From: Lama guanicoe
Taxonomy: Eukaryota
Reading direction: 5' to 3'
Assembly (NCBI GenBank): GCA_013239625.1
Contig: MU054391.1
Location: 2,509,130-2,573,129, forward strand
DNA length: 64,000 nucleotides
Shown piece by piece: positions 37,530-50,610 of the stretch (position 1 is the first letter of the stretch; every line of letters begins with the position of its first letter). Below the pieces are notes generated by a model that was given only the letters and a program-made list of their open reading frames with translations, made no database searches and was not told where the DNA came from. A program made the position numbers and the translations under genes.

Positions 37530-39630
37530 GGGCTGCTTTTCATTGTTTTAATACAGTCCTCTGAACTGCAGGAGTCTTTTTTTATTTTTTTCAATTTTAA
37601 TAAAGTCCAATCACCCATTTCTATACTTCTTGCCTTTGATACCTTGTCTAAGAAGTTTTTGCCTAATTCAAGGTCATGAAAATGTTCTCCTATTTTTCCT
37701 TCTAGCAGTTTTATAGTTTACATTTCTTATATTTAGATCTATGATCCCCTTTGAGTTACTTTTTTAACTATGTAAGGTGAAAACTGAATTCATTTTCTTT
37801 TTTAAGATACAGATGCCCAATTTCCCCAGCACCATTTTTGGAAAAACTGATCTTTTGTTGGATTGTTTTGGTACCTTCATCAAAAATCAATTACCTTTAA
37901 ATGCAAGGGTTTCTTTCTGAGCCTTTAATTTTCTTGCATTGATCTGTATGCTCATTCTCATGACAGTACAGCACTGCTCTGATTACTGTAGCTTCATAAC
38001 ACATTTGAAGCTGGGTAGGGCATGCCCTTCAACTGTGCTCTTCTTAATGATAATTGTTTCTAATATTCTAAGTCCCAAGCATGTCCATATAGATTTTTAA
38101 AAACAGCCTTTTTAATTTATATATATATAAATTATATATATATATAAGCACTAGACGATTTAAAAAAATATATTGCATCAACTCTGTAGCTCTTTTGGGG
38201 AAGAATTGCTATTCTAATAATATTGTGCCTTCTGATTCACCACCATAGAAGTTGTCTCCTTTTATTTTATGCATTTTGAAGTTTCTCTCCATGATGTTTT
38301 ATAAATTGTAATGTACAAATCTTGCTCTCTCTTTGCTTAATTTATTTCTAATTATTGTTTTCTTCATTAAGTTACTTTGAAAGGACTAGCATTCTTCATT
38401 CCACTTTCAGATTGTCTGTTGCTCATATGTAGACATGGTATCAGTCTCATGTTCAAACCTGCTTAACTCATTGTTATTTCTAGTTTTGTCCCTGGGGATA
38501 TTCTACACTGATGTCATCTATGAATAAAGACAATTTTATTTTTTCCTTTCTAATGTGTATGTTTTTAAAATTTTTCCATCCATCTTTTTTGTCTCCCCTC
38601 CCCCTCCCCCACAATTACTGCACTGGTTAGAACTTTCAGTACAATGTTGAATAAAAGTGGGGAGAGAAGACTTCATTTTGTTCCTGATTTTAGTGGAAAA
38701 GTAATTTGTTAATATTATTTATGAAGAAAAGGTGTCAGATTTTTTTCAAATGCTTTTTCTGCAGCTACTGAGATGGTATGTGTTTTGTTTTATATTTTAC
38801 TCTATTAATACAGTATAGTATATTCATTGATTCTAGATGTTAAACCAACCTTGCATTCCAAAGATAAATCCCATTGATCATGGTATATAATCTTTTCTAT
38901 GCTGCTGATTTTTGTTTGCTAATATCTTATTAGGGACTTTTGTGTATACGTTTATGAAGGATATTGGCCTAGATGTATTTTTCTCTCATGATCTCTTTGT
39001 ATGAGGGCATTGCTGGTGTCATAGAATGACTTAGGAAGTGTTCCTTCATTTTCTATAACCTGGAAACTTTATGAAGGATTGACACTATTTCTTCTTTAAA
39101 TATTTGATAGAATTCACCAGTGACACTGTTTGGGTGTCAGCTTTTTAAGGGGCTAAGATTTTAAATTAGTATTTTACTTGTTTCCTTGTTAAACACATAT
39201 TTATAAAATTAAATTCACCTAGAGTTATTTTCAGTAATTTGTTGCTCATACTTGATCTTGACTAGTTAAAGGTCTTTCAACTTTGTTGCTCGTTCCAAAA
39301 CGTCAACTTTTGGTTCCACTGATTTTCTTTATTTTACCTTTCGTGTCGTATTGGTTTGGGTTCTGCCATTATTATTCAATCCCTTCTGCTTATTTTGGGT
39401 TTAGTTTGCTTTCCTTCTTTGAACTTTTTTAAGATAAAATACTGTGTTGGTGTTGTTTCTTTTTTGATATAGATGCAGATACAAATTTTCATCAAATCAT
39501 CATTTTACCTGCATCTCATATATTTGATATATTGTATTGCTGTTTTCATTCATTTTGAAGTATTTTAAAATTTCCTGTTATTTCTTATTTCTTGTTGATA
39601 AATAATAAAACATTTTAAAACATTATTTTT
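37530..39630 (-). mobile_element. Old L1 ORF2 body (degenerate, about 2.1 kb)
   Basis: T-rich reverse L1 with motifs 'gattactgtagcttcat', 'tcagtacaatgttgaataaaagtgg', 'gatgttaaaccaaccttgcattcc' and 'tttgatagaattcaccagtga'. Confidence 0.9.
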
Positions 39631-39699
39631 ATTTTCCTCCAGCTTTTGAACATGACTCCATCCTAGAGATGCTTTCTGACTCCCACTGACATACTACAA

Positions 39700-40385
39700 G
39701 CCTGATCTTTCTCTGATTCCTAAAGCTGCCTCTTCTAAGACTCTGTTATGAGCTTAGGGGAGTCTTCACCTGCTTGTGACTTGCAGGACTATGTTGCATT
39801 ACCTCCTCTATTTCTCATTCTTGTGGGGCTTTAAGGACTTTTTTGCATCTGCTTGTTACCCCTTAGATATGCAAAATTTATAATGTCTAAAACTGAACTT
39901 ATGATTTACAATATATCCATATTTCTTACTGCACCATCATCTCAGTGAACAACGTTTCTATCCAAATAACAGTTATATCTGGATACATGAATACCATTCT
40001 TCACTCCCTGCGAATCACAGTCAAAATTTGATCACCAAGTACAATTTAATTTCCACTGTTACCCAGCCACCTCCTTCAGTCCATGTTTCTGGTTTGGACC
40101 ACAATCACCACCTTTGACTTCTGTCTTTTCTCTCCATTTCCACTTACCTGTCTCGATCCCTCTCATCTTATATCTCAAGTTAGGTGTTCCCTACTTCAGG
40201 ATTTCCTGAATTCCTTGCCCCAGTTAAGGCCTCATATTACTTTGTCATATTGTTTTGTCATTTCCTATTTAGTTGCCCAGTTAAACTCTAAGACATGGCA
40301 GGACTCACATCTGTCATGGTTGATGGCTGCATTCCTACTCTACTTATGGGCCTGACATGAGCGTGTTATTTGAATTTGAATGCAT
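39700..40385 (+). mobile_element. L2 fragment
   Basis: 'aatgtctaaaactgaactt...catctcagtgaacaac' and an L2-like 3' end. Confidence 0.6.
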
Positions 40386-42299
40386 AAATTAGTCACACAC
40401 ATTTATACGTAAATAAATCTTTCCCTAGAGATTTTTAAAAGTTATCAATTTAAAATAGTTACTAACTAAAATAGCCTTCATTAAATCTATGTTTCTTAAA
40501 ACTTTGGAGTTGGAGGTTATAAAGATGCAAATCAATAAATCACCTCCTTCCCACTTAGCTTGAGTTTCCCTCCCTGTGGTACAGGAAAAAAAAAAATCTC
40601 AAATTTTGTCTAGAATAACAAGAAAAACGTGTTGAAAAATTTTGGGCAATAGTGATTTCTAATATAAAATGAAAGTGGATTAAAAATTACAACAATATGA
40701 AAAGAAATAAAACCAGAGGGATATTTTTCTATTAAAGATGTCAGTTTATATGCATATATGTATGCATATATGCAACATATCTGCATTGTTTCTGTATGTA
40801 ATTCTCATTAATTTCAAAATGAAAGTATTTTTACATGTTAAAACTATATCAAAACATTTTAAAATATTAAAATACACTAAAAACATACATATTAAATACT
40901 TCTTGCACAGCCTAAACAAGAAAGTTTTTTCTGCCAAATTAAATTTAGAGGCTACATTTAAAAATTGAAATTGAAATTAAAAATTAAAATTATTAATTTT
41001 GGCCTTATTTCCATAAATCCACAACTGATAATAAAGGTTGACAAAAATTTCAGTTGTTATGATAAATGGTCAAAAGAAATTATGTTTGTGTGTGTATATA
41101 TATAATACATTACATATATATATATATATATTTGTGACAATGTGTGAGAGAGATAGAGAAAAAGGGAGAATTTTTCCAAAATTCAAGACCAAGGAATTCA
41201 AGGCTTGTAAATTAACTTTCCAATTTTAACTGTACCCAGAAGCTAACAAGCAGTACAAGAAACTGAGTACACAGTTCTAATACATCATGTTCTAAATGCA
41301 GAGGATCTCAATTATGTCTGGGATCTATTTTCTATTAAAATTATGCCTTAAGTAAAGCTCATTTCTTTAATATTTCTTTCTTTACTTGCTGATATTTAGT
41401 ATGTGTAAAAATTAGATATAATTTCCTTTTGTCACACGTATATGAACTAGAAGTAGCCTATTTTACATTTGTCCTATTCTTTAAAAAAATAGAATTATGA
41501 GCTCACAAAGGAAAAGGAAAAAAAATCCATGAAATTAGTCATTTGGAAATACATCTAATAGAGAAAAACTATCTCCAAGTGTAGAATGTATGTCCCGCTG
41601 ACCACAATGATAAATCCACAAATTCAAATTTACTTGTATTAAGATTTTAATAAAGCTTATTATCTGAGCAGTCTGAAAGGCCCACTAATTCTTGGATTTT
41701 TAAGTATTTAAAGAATAGCTACCCTGAAAAAAAAAGTAAGTTTAAAAAAATCATCAGTAACTTGCTCATTCCTGTGTGTATCTTTTACTTGTGTTAAATG
41801 ATTAGTGTGTGTCAATAGTATAGTGTTGACATATATTCATGATATTTATACATTATTCTATTTGTCAGTTGAATGCATGAATTGCAGATGGCAATCTCTG
41901 GGCGTACCGTTCCATGGAGGGAGGCTTCGCTGTGGGAGGGGTCAGTAGATATCACACCCTGCCTCTTAGTTTTCCACTGTCCCGGCATAAGTTCCTACAT
42001 TCAGAAGTCTCTGATACAAATGCGTATCTCTAAGAGATAGTTAAACATATTAGCTAAGTCTTTAATAATCAGCTAACATCACACTTGTAGGAAGCATCTT
42101 TGTGGAGATTCTAGAGTGACCACAGCCTTGGAGAGGCATCCGAGGTGTGAACTCTGACCAGGAGCAGAGCTTGCCTGGTGTGCACAGAAGTGTTTCTCTC
42201 TTGAAATTATCGATTCAACTCTCCTCATTCAGATTCTTATCCTTAGGAAGAAACCAGGAATTCCGGAATAATGAAAGATTGTACCAACCTCTAGTTTAA

Positions 42300-42460
42300 A
42301 AGATGACTCTGTGCCTGGCACCATGCTCAGTAATTTATACACATTGTCATGATTATTTTCATCTTCCTCTAAATTAAGTAAATCACCTCCAGTTCTTCCC
42401 AAAAGGAAATTAAAGCTTTGGAAGATCATGTAATACACTTGAAATTCCACAGTTAACAGG
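42300..42460 (-). mobile_element. MIR fragment
   Basis: 'ctgtgcctggcaccatgctcagtaatttatacacattgtcat'. Confidence 0.65.
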
Positions 42461-42606
42461 ACAAAACAGGCTTCTCATGTAAGTGTATTTGTCTTCAAAC
42501 TATGGGTTTTATTTGTTGCCATACTACAGACATGCCAAGACCAAGTGTTTGTTTAGAATTCAACTAATATTAGAAAATAATCTACAGTTTATTAAAGAGT
42601 CAGCTT

Positions 42607-42662
42607 ACACACACACACACACACACACGCATATACGCACATACGCACATACGCACACACTC
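42607..42662. repeat. (CA)n and degenerate microsatellite
   Basis: Seen directly. Confidence 0.9.
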
Positions 42663-42779
42663 ACTTGTACATATGTATCAAGTACGAACAGAACCTGTAT
42701 CAGGATTCATTTGCTTTCATATCTTCTTTCGTATCTTCGGACAAAAAATATTTGTCTGACCCTTGGCCAATTGCCTTTT

Positions 42780-43700
42780 AAATTCTCCTTTCTGAGATCA
42801 CAGCAGGTCCAGGAACAACTCATAATTTTCTCCAAATGGCTCTCTCACATGTCAGAAAGCTTGAAGTCATCATTGACATCTTATTTTTATTCCACCTGTC
42901 ATGTCTAATCAATCTATCACCAAAAACTCTTATTTTTGGGGGGGGGGTGGGGAGGTAATTAGTTTTATTTATTTATTTTTAGAAGAGGTGCTGGGGATTG
43001 AACCCAGGACTTTGTGCCTGCTAAGCATGCGCTCTACCATTTGAGCTATACACCCCCACACACCAAATACTCTTAATTTTATCATGTAAATACTTTAATT
43101 CATGTACCTCTTTCCATCTTCACTGCTCTTCCCAAGACCAAACAGTAATTAAGTCCTGCCTGGATTAGACAGTGTCACCAAGTGGTATCTGACAACCACT
43201 CTGACCCCCTTAAAATTTCTTTTCTCTAAATGCCAGTTAGACCAGGTGACCACCAACACTCAGCTCACCACCATCCAGATCATAACCCTTCAATGTCTCA
43301 CGTGGCTTTGAGAACTGCTTCCTCCTGACCCTTTTCTACAGTCACCCACCACCCTCCCTAATTTTCCCTGCACTCCAGTCACACCAACCACACTTTGCTG
43401 TTAGCGTTCGCCTGGTTTCCTCTTTCCAGATGACTTTGGTCCTGGGCATGGTTCCCCACATTTAGGATGCTTGGCTTCATTTTAGAACTCTCTCCATCTT
43501 CACTTATTCTTCAGAACTCAGCACTTGACTAACTTCGTGATTATACATTCATCGGTGTGATTACTTGGTTAATTCTATGTTTTCCCCTAGATTTGACATT
43601 CCAAGTGTTGAGAAAATGTGCTTCTTGGTGTTCAATATTGTGCTTTCTGATTTTAGCACATAACAGTATGTGCTCAGTATAGTGTCAAGAAATAAGCAAA
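42780..43700 (+). mobile_element. L2 element interrupted by a SINE
   Basis: 'ttgaagtcatcattgac...ctaatcaatctatcaccaaa' resumes after the SINE; L2-like 3' end 'agcacataacagtatgtgctcagta'. Confidence 0.65.
42933..43060 (-). mobile_element. tRNA-Ala-derived SINE, vic-1 type (camelid)
   Basis: Minus strand GGGGGTGTATAGCTCAAATGGTAGAGCGCATGCTTAGC...GGTTCAATCCCCAGCACCTC (A and B boxes), then (AAAT)n, a C-rich tract and an A tail; 15-bp TSD caccaaaaactctta (42918-42932) / caccaaatactctta (43061-43075). Confidence 0.9.
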
Positions 43701-44076
43701 TAAAGAGAAAGATAAAAATGAAAAAAAAAGAGAAAAGAGAAAAAAAGTGGAATGAAGGAGAAAAAGTAAAAACAGGAAAATTACTTTGCCCACCTCCTGT
43801 TTGGATATTCTTCATTTAATTATTAGTACTTCCATGCTTTTCTTCATTCCACAGAGATCTACCCAAAAGCTGTATGAAACCTGGCATGTCTCTGTATAAA
43901 GGTGCATGTCAGAAGTTCAGAAAACATTCAATTACCCCATCAATTATTAAAAGCCACAGTCCCCTCCCCCCATAACTAGTTACTTATTTTTCTATTTGCT
44001 ATGAAACAAACCTGTACATACGATAGATGTAAGATTTTCCACTCTGCACAACAGACCTGCTGTCTGTACGTCACAG

Positions 44077-44077
<1 letters not shown>

Positions 44078-44128
<51 letters not shown>

Positions 44129-44130
44129 CT
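44078..44130. repeat. (CT)n microsatellite
   Basis: Seen directly. Confidence 0.9.
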
Positions 44131-44981
44131 CAAGTTGGCAGCCCTGGCTCTCAGGGGAAAGAAATGACCATAGAACTGAGGACTATCTGAAGAGGAATCG
44201 CCACTGTGCACAGTTCATTTCCTCTGCAGTTACTTCCTGCCTTGCCTTATTTCCATACTAATCTCTAAAATCTACAGACATGAGTTAAAGTGTTTACTCA
44301 CTTCCTCAAAAGGTGTTCTGCTGCACAATCTCAAATCTATGTGTGTGTCCCTCTAAGGCTCCGGGAGTGCAGGGCTGGCAAAAGACTGACTTCACAAGCA
44401 GCTGTTGGTGGAATATATTAGGGGGCCCATAAGACAAGTGTTTGCTTGTTTTCATGTTCTAATGGCTTATCCTGCTTCCTTCTTTTCTTTGCTATCAAAT
44501 TCCAGAACAGAAAGAAACGGTCTGCCCAAAAGTCTCTGCTCGCCCGGGCTAACAGTGGAAGAACGTGCACATTTTGAGTTACACCATTTTCTCCACTGGC
44601 TGGCAGATCTTGCTGAATGTATAAAATAAATGCGTTGCTAAGTCCCAGTGGCTGCATCAGTTTAAATCAAATTTCATTTTAAAAGAACTGCACTTGAAAG
44701 GAGAATGTACAGATGAGTTTCCTCCTCACACCTGAAGCAGCTGAGATGCAGACCTCTACCAGAGCTTCCGATGGGAACGCAGGCAGGTCCTGCCAAGCAG
44801 GAGCCCTTCCGGGCTCTGCGGTGATGTGCAGGGCCCTGAGAGGACCAGAAAATTCACACCCATGTGCTTTTAAGCAAACAGATTGCTTTCTACCGGGTGT
44901 CGCTATGAATGCAGAATGTAAATAGATGCCTGTCACGTGAGACAGATGGGGAACATTCACAAAGACTCTGATCTAGGACAG

Positions 44982-45147
44982 AAGTGCTTCTCAGATTTTA
45001 ATACACGTACAGAACACTCGGGGTTCTTGTTGAAATGCAGATTCTCATCCAGAAGACCTGGCATGGGGCCTGAGAGCTTACATTTCTAACAAATTCTGAG
45101 CTGACTGTTAATACTGCTGGTCAGCTGACAACATCTTGAGGCAAGAG
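44982..45147. mobile_element. MER5A DNA transposon
   Basis: 'agtgcttctcag...cttgttgaaatgcagattc...ggggcctgagagcttacatttctaacaa...tactgctggtc'. Confidence 0.85.
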
Positions 45148-45559
45148 TCTAAAATATTGCAAAGGTTTTTGACAGTACTTCATCTACAAAACTCAGTATC
45201 CACAGGGTTAAGAAAAGGTATGCTGAAGAACTTAACTGCCAGTCAGTGAAATGGATGCGTATCTGCAAGATCTGTTGCAAAGTTAATCTTGCCAAGTTTT
45301 TTATTATTATTATTAATGCTGTTATAAAAAGGAAATAAATTTCTTCGGCAAAAAAAAAAGCATTCCTAAATTTAAGGAAACACATTAGAATTTTAGGAAG
45401 GGCATTCAATTATTTATTTAAGCTAAAAAAAAGAAGTGATAAAATATTTGCAATTTTATGCAATGTCTTAGCCATAGTCAACATATTAATAACATGGCCC
45501 TATTCTAATGAACAACTGAAAATAGTCCATTAGTAAAGAAATATCTGATATGGGGATTA

Positions 45560-47130
45560 TGGTGCTATGGAAACAATGAGAAGATTGGCCAAAATATATA
45601 AAAGAAATGTTTTTAGATATTGGACAACATGCAGTGCGAGACTGTAATTCTTGAGATAAGGAAAATTAATGATGTGGGACAAGCAATCGTCCCAGCTTTC
45701 TGCCTGCAGGAAAGTTCTGGGCAGGGCTTCAGGAATGAGGAATCCCAGCAGAGACTCAACGTCTCACTGAAACAGTCACCGCTGCAGCTGAAGATTTCAG
45801 TATTTCTCTATTAATTATTTATAGAAGAAACAGACAAAACGGTCCTTAAAGGTACAAAAGACTTATAAAAAAACTATCAACCAGCTTTACTTAATTAATA
45901 TTTATAGAACACTGAACCCCAAAACGTCAGGATACATATTTTTTTCAGATATACATGGGAAAATCACTAAGATAGACATTATAATAGTAAGAAAATAATT
46001 ATTTCTAAATATATAAAAGTTACAATCATAAAGAAGAATTCACTGACCTTAACTACATTATATTAAAAAGCAATAACAAGTATTCCCAAATATTTGGAAA
46101 TTGAATACACACTTCTAACACATGAGATTGAAAACGTTGAACAAAATTACAGAAAACTTAAAAAAAAATCACTGATGCTCCTTTCCTTACATGTGAAAAT
46201 AATTAAATCTAAACTGATCTTAAACATAAAAGTAAAAGCTAGCATCTATAAAGCTTCTAGGAGAAAGTAGAACATCTTTTTTTACTTACAAAGGGCAGAC
46301 ATTTCTGCTTATAATAAAAAATCCCATTAATCAAGGAAGAAACATTGATAAGTTGGACTTTATCAAAAGATTAAGTTCTTGTATTCATGAGACATCATTG
46401 AAAGTGAAAATGTAAGTCTCAGGATGGGAGAAAACACTCACAGTACATACACGTGACAGAGGACTTACAACCAGGATCCATACTCAGCTATATGAAGACA
46501 AGCAATTCAGTTTTAACTGGGCAAAAGACTAGAACCAGCGCTCACTTAAGACAGAAGGATGGCCGACAAGCACATGGCACTCAGCCTCCCTGATGGTCAG
46601 AGGCATGCAAGATGCCACCACTCTGAGATGCTGCCGTCTACATGCGACAGAATGGCTGACCTTAAAACTCATGACAAGAACAAGTGTCAGTGAGAATGCG
46701 GAGCACCTGGAACCCTCAGGCATCGCTGGGGAGAATGTAAAACGGTATAACCACTTCGTGAAAACTGTGCAGTTTCTTCTAAAGTAATTCATACTCTTTC
46801 CGTAAGTCCCTGCAATTCCACTTGCAGAAATTTACCCAGCAAAAGGGAAAATGCATGCAGACAGACTTGCATGCGAATGTTCATAACAACTTTGTTTATA
46901 AAATAGCCTGAAGTGGAAATAACCCAAATGCTCATCACCAGGTGAATGCATATATGAATTGTGGTGTATCTACAAAACTCAACAGCAACCAATAAAATAA
47001 AATAAAAAAAAAAACAAGCTGCTGGTGTCAGCAATAACATAAATGAGTCTCAAAAACAGTACTCTGCAAAAGGAGTCAGACGCAAAATAGCAGGGAACCC
47101 ATTTTATGCATGTGAAATTCTAAGGCCATA
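45560..47130 (+). mobile_element. Old, internally deleted L1 (5' remnant, ORF2 pieces, 3' UTR)
   Basis: 'atttatagaacact', 'ttgataagttggactttatcaaaa', 'ggatggccgacaagcacatg', 'gaatgttcataacaactttgtttata'. Confidence 0.85.
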
Positions 47131-48738
47131 CGCTCGTCTGCAAGGGCAGAAGCATGGGTCCTGGCTCCGGAGGGACGTTTAGGGCTCCTGTGGAGCTGCC
47201 TGCTGGAGCAGGCAGGGAGGCAAACATGAGAACAACCACGGAGTTCTGGATTCGGGTGTTGGAGAGTATTTGTCTTGACTTGAGCTTATGGGCAATAATG
47301 CAGTTCATGAAAGCAAACCTGGGAAAGTAATTTTGGGTGAGTTCAGATCTTGAATTTAACAGTGACAAATGTGTGTTTACTCTGGAGGTGATGAGAATGA
47401 CTGGTTTTGGAAGGGAGGCATGTCGTGGGGCTTTGCAACTAAATTTCTGATGTTAACAAGCACATTATTATATTACAGCTCTAATGACTGATCCGTTTCC
47501 ATCTTAATGTCTTCCATATTTCACCAGTGATTGATGGCTGTGTCCGCTAGTGTCCGACAGGGTGCCCAAATGGTGCTGGTCAAGTGTGGCGGAGTAAAAT
47601 CACCGATTGGGCTGGTCTGTAGGGACGTTGGTATCAGAGACATTAAAACTGGGATTAGGAACAAAACAGAAGAAGGATTCAAAAACCCCATCAAAGCTAC
47701 AAACTAAGGCAAAATCAATTGCTTCAGGGGGTTTGTGTTAATAAACGTATCTCTTTTATACTACAGGCCCCTTGCTTACACATGTGCCGTGGCACCTCTC
47801 TCCATTTATTAACTGAACATTAATTCAGCGCATTCTATATGCCACACAATATGCCTGGCCGTATTTTCTGAGACTTAACTTCATTTGCCTCTTGGATATA
47901 ACTTTTAAACCTCTCAGGATTTGTTACTGTTGTTTTCTGAGACGAGAAGTACATTGCAGGCTGTTTAGCATGTGAACAATATCTAACTGTGTAGTGTGTG
48001 GACTTTCCTTGTGTCCAGGATGTCAAAAGGGATAACTTAACATTAGGAAGACTATGCCGAGTGTTTTTCCAGACAAAGAATGTCTAATATCAAAAAGTTA
48101 AAATAAACAGAGCAGGCACCATCATTGAGCTTCAGAAGCCTAGGGATGGAAAACTCAGTTCTTACCATAACTTTCTGCCAAAGATTATAAATATGATTTG
48201 CCTTCCTCCTTAAATCAGTGTGGAATCTCTCCATCACCACTCTTCTCTCTCTGCTCCATTAAGATGCAACTCAGTTATAAATAGTAGAGATAAAAATATA
48301 CAGAAAGAGGTTTCTGATGGTGATTTTTAACTCTGCATTTATGAAGTAAGTAAAATCATGGATAAATTTATAGTTAGAAACATCCCTGCTAACATAACCG
48401 GAATACATATTAAAGAATCTCATTTGTACATTGTCAGCATAGGAACATAGCTTACTACAAGGTTTAAAACCTTACTGATCTTTCTTTGAAACAAATACAG
48501 AGCAAATATTATATGATTAAGCTCATTAATTCCAAAAACCATCTCATCTGATTGGACGTCTGCCTTGCAATTCTCCAGCTCTTGCCCTAGGAAGCACATC
48601 CCATATCAAGGTGACACCGGGCAGCCTCCCAATCATGCTAGCAGTGCGGGTGCAGCCAGAGACTCAGCAGCCATCATTGCAGAGTTGGCACAGGTTTTTT
48701 TTTTTTTTAATTTTATTCCTTGTAATTTTCCCTCACAG

Positions 48739-48887
48739 CGTGATAGAAAAACTCGGTATTTCAATGAACCTAATATTCCTGCCAAATTAACTCCTTTCTT
48801 TACCAAGTGGTGCTCATTCTATGGTTAAATTATAGGGAATGCAATCATTAACTGGCAAAAAAAACCCAAAAACCCTGAGAGGAGAAG
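48739..48887 (+). ncRNA. Candidate non-coding exon (149 nt)
   Basis: T-rich acceptor 'ttttattccttgtaattttccctcacag|C' and donor 'AAG|gtgagt'; stops in all three frames. Confidence 0.4.
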
Positions 48888-48899
48888 GTGAGTCTGAAG

Positions 48900-49150
48900 T
48901 TCGCATCGGCCTCACTGCGTTTTCCCGGGAGACCTGCTGGCCTGCGAAGGCGCAGCGTAGGCAGCGGGGCTCAGCCGGCGCAGGTGCAGGTGCACACGCA
49001 GACGCCGCCCCGCGCGACAGTCCCCGGCGCAGGGCTCCCTCCGCCGCCTGCGCGGCCTGCAGCGCCGCCTTCTCCGAGCCACGCTGCGACCTGCCGGGTG
49101 GGGCTGTCCCCAGCCTGGCTCCCCACCCCTCAGAAAGCCGCCGCCTTGCT
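48900..49150. promoter_or_regulatory. Short, sharply bounded CpG island
   Basis: About 250 bp of dense CpG embedded in AT-rich DNA. Confidence 0.65.
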
Positions 49151-50157
49151 CCACATTTACGCTTCAGCATTTTGTGTATGTTACTAAATCATATTTGAGT
49201 TTTAAGAATGTATTGGTGTCTTATGTCACACAGTACCAATTTCTCCTGAATTGTCAGGAATTCAATTTCAGGAAGTGTAGTCTGGATGAAAAGTGATTTA
49301 GTCCTTCATTTCTGAATCTATGTCTAATTGGCTATCAAATAGATAGACTTGCTTTTGAACAAGTCAGGCAGTCAAATGGTCTCAAGTGTCTGGGTGTGTA
49401 AAAGCGATGACTTGCAGAGATGCCGCATTCCACGTGGTGAGTTAAGGGAGTGTTGATGGGTAAGTGCCCTGGTACAGCGGTACAGCAGACGTTTCCACTC
49501 CAAGATCAGTCGTCAGTTTCAGGAAGTATCTGCGACCTCCGGATTACGGAATATTGGAAAACCTTATTTACAGTTGCTAATACATGGGTGATTTTTTTTT
49601 TGTCCTCCTTTTGTCCTCCATGCCGAACACGGTGGTATATAGTTGGACAAGCTAGCATACTATCTATCAAAAGGCTGGTTTTCAGTGCTAGAGCTGACAA
49701 CATTTTTTAATAGGCCACTGTATTAATCAGAGTGCAATGCAGGAATCAGAAACACACTAGGTACTCTTAGCAAAAAGGGTTTTAAAACATAAATTATGTA
49801 TTTACAGAATAATTGAGGAGGCATGAGTAACTGAAATCAAGGAAGCAGTGCTTGGATGATTGCTTTAAGAGCTACACGATAATGTCTGAGATTATTACTC
49901 AAGAACTAGGGGCAGAGGTTCCCACTGGTTCTTGGCAAATATGAGGGCCGGTGACCCTTTCACCATGAAGAATGCAAATCTCTACAAACGTTTGTGCTTT
50001 CTTGGATTTGTCTCCGGGTATTCTTTATTCTGGTCCTGACACAGTTCTGCTTCAACTCCCTGTGACCTTCAACTGAAGTATAAAGTTAACCACTGGGGCC
50101 AAGGTTTGTTCCACCTGGAAATTGGAAAGGAGAGGGAACCAAAGAAAACGTTATTTG

Positions 50158-50216
50158 CACGTGTGTATGTGTGCACGTGCGTGTGTGCATGTGCGTGTGT
50201 GCATGTGTGTGTGTGT
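50158..50216. repeat. (TG)n-type microsatellite
   Basis: Seen directly. Confidence 0.9.
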
Positions 50217-50259
50217 AAAGAAGAAGGGAAAGTACAGGGTGGTGCGGGGGGGGGCTGTG

Positions 50260-50610
50260 CTTACTCAGTGCAGGGTCCCCTGTGCTCCTGTGCATTTTCA
50301 GCCTCTTCTGAGTTAGACGAAGCCGTATGATTGCTTTGTGGACCGTAGGCTGTAAGCTGCAGTGGTGTGTTTCACTTCTAATACAAGACAGATGATCACT
50401 GGTGAGAGCTTTCCATATTCTTTCTTCTTTTCTTCTGGCAAGTCTGGAAGCTACATATGCCAGGCTCTTAGGGCCGGAAGAAGCCTGCCAGGCAGGTGTC
50501 CCGGTGAGCTGCCTGATCTGCATCAGCCAAGTGCTGTATTAAATCACTGAGATTTCAGGGTTCGTTTTGTCCCAGTCCAACCTGGTCGGTCGTGCCTGGG
50601 TCAATATTGC
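50260..50610 (+). mobile_element. Old MaLR LTR (MLT1H/I/J-like) nested in the ERVL remnant
   Basis: 'gcattttcagcctcttctgagttaga...ttaaatcactgagatttcaggg'. Confidence 0.55.

Noticed and set aside
37530..39630. Active L1 or intact reverse transcriptase
   Set aside because: Heavily degenerate with no long ORF; no ORF-track entries fall here.
42985..43058. Functional tRNA-Ala gene
   Set aside because: The arms are diverged, and it has a SINE tail and a 15-bp TSD, so it is a retroposed SINE.
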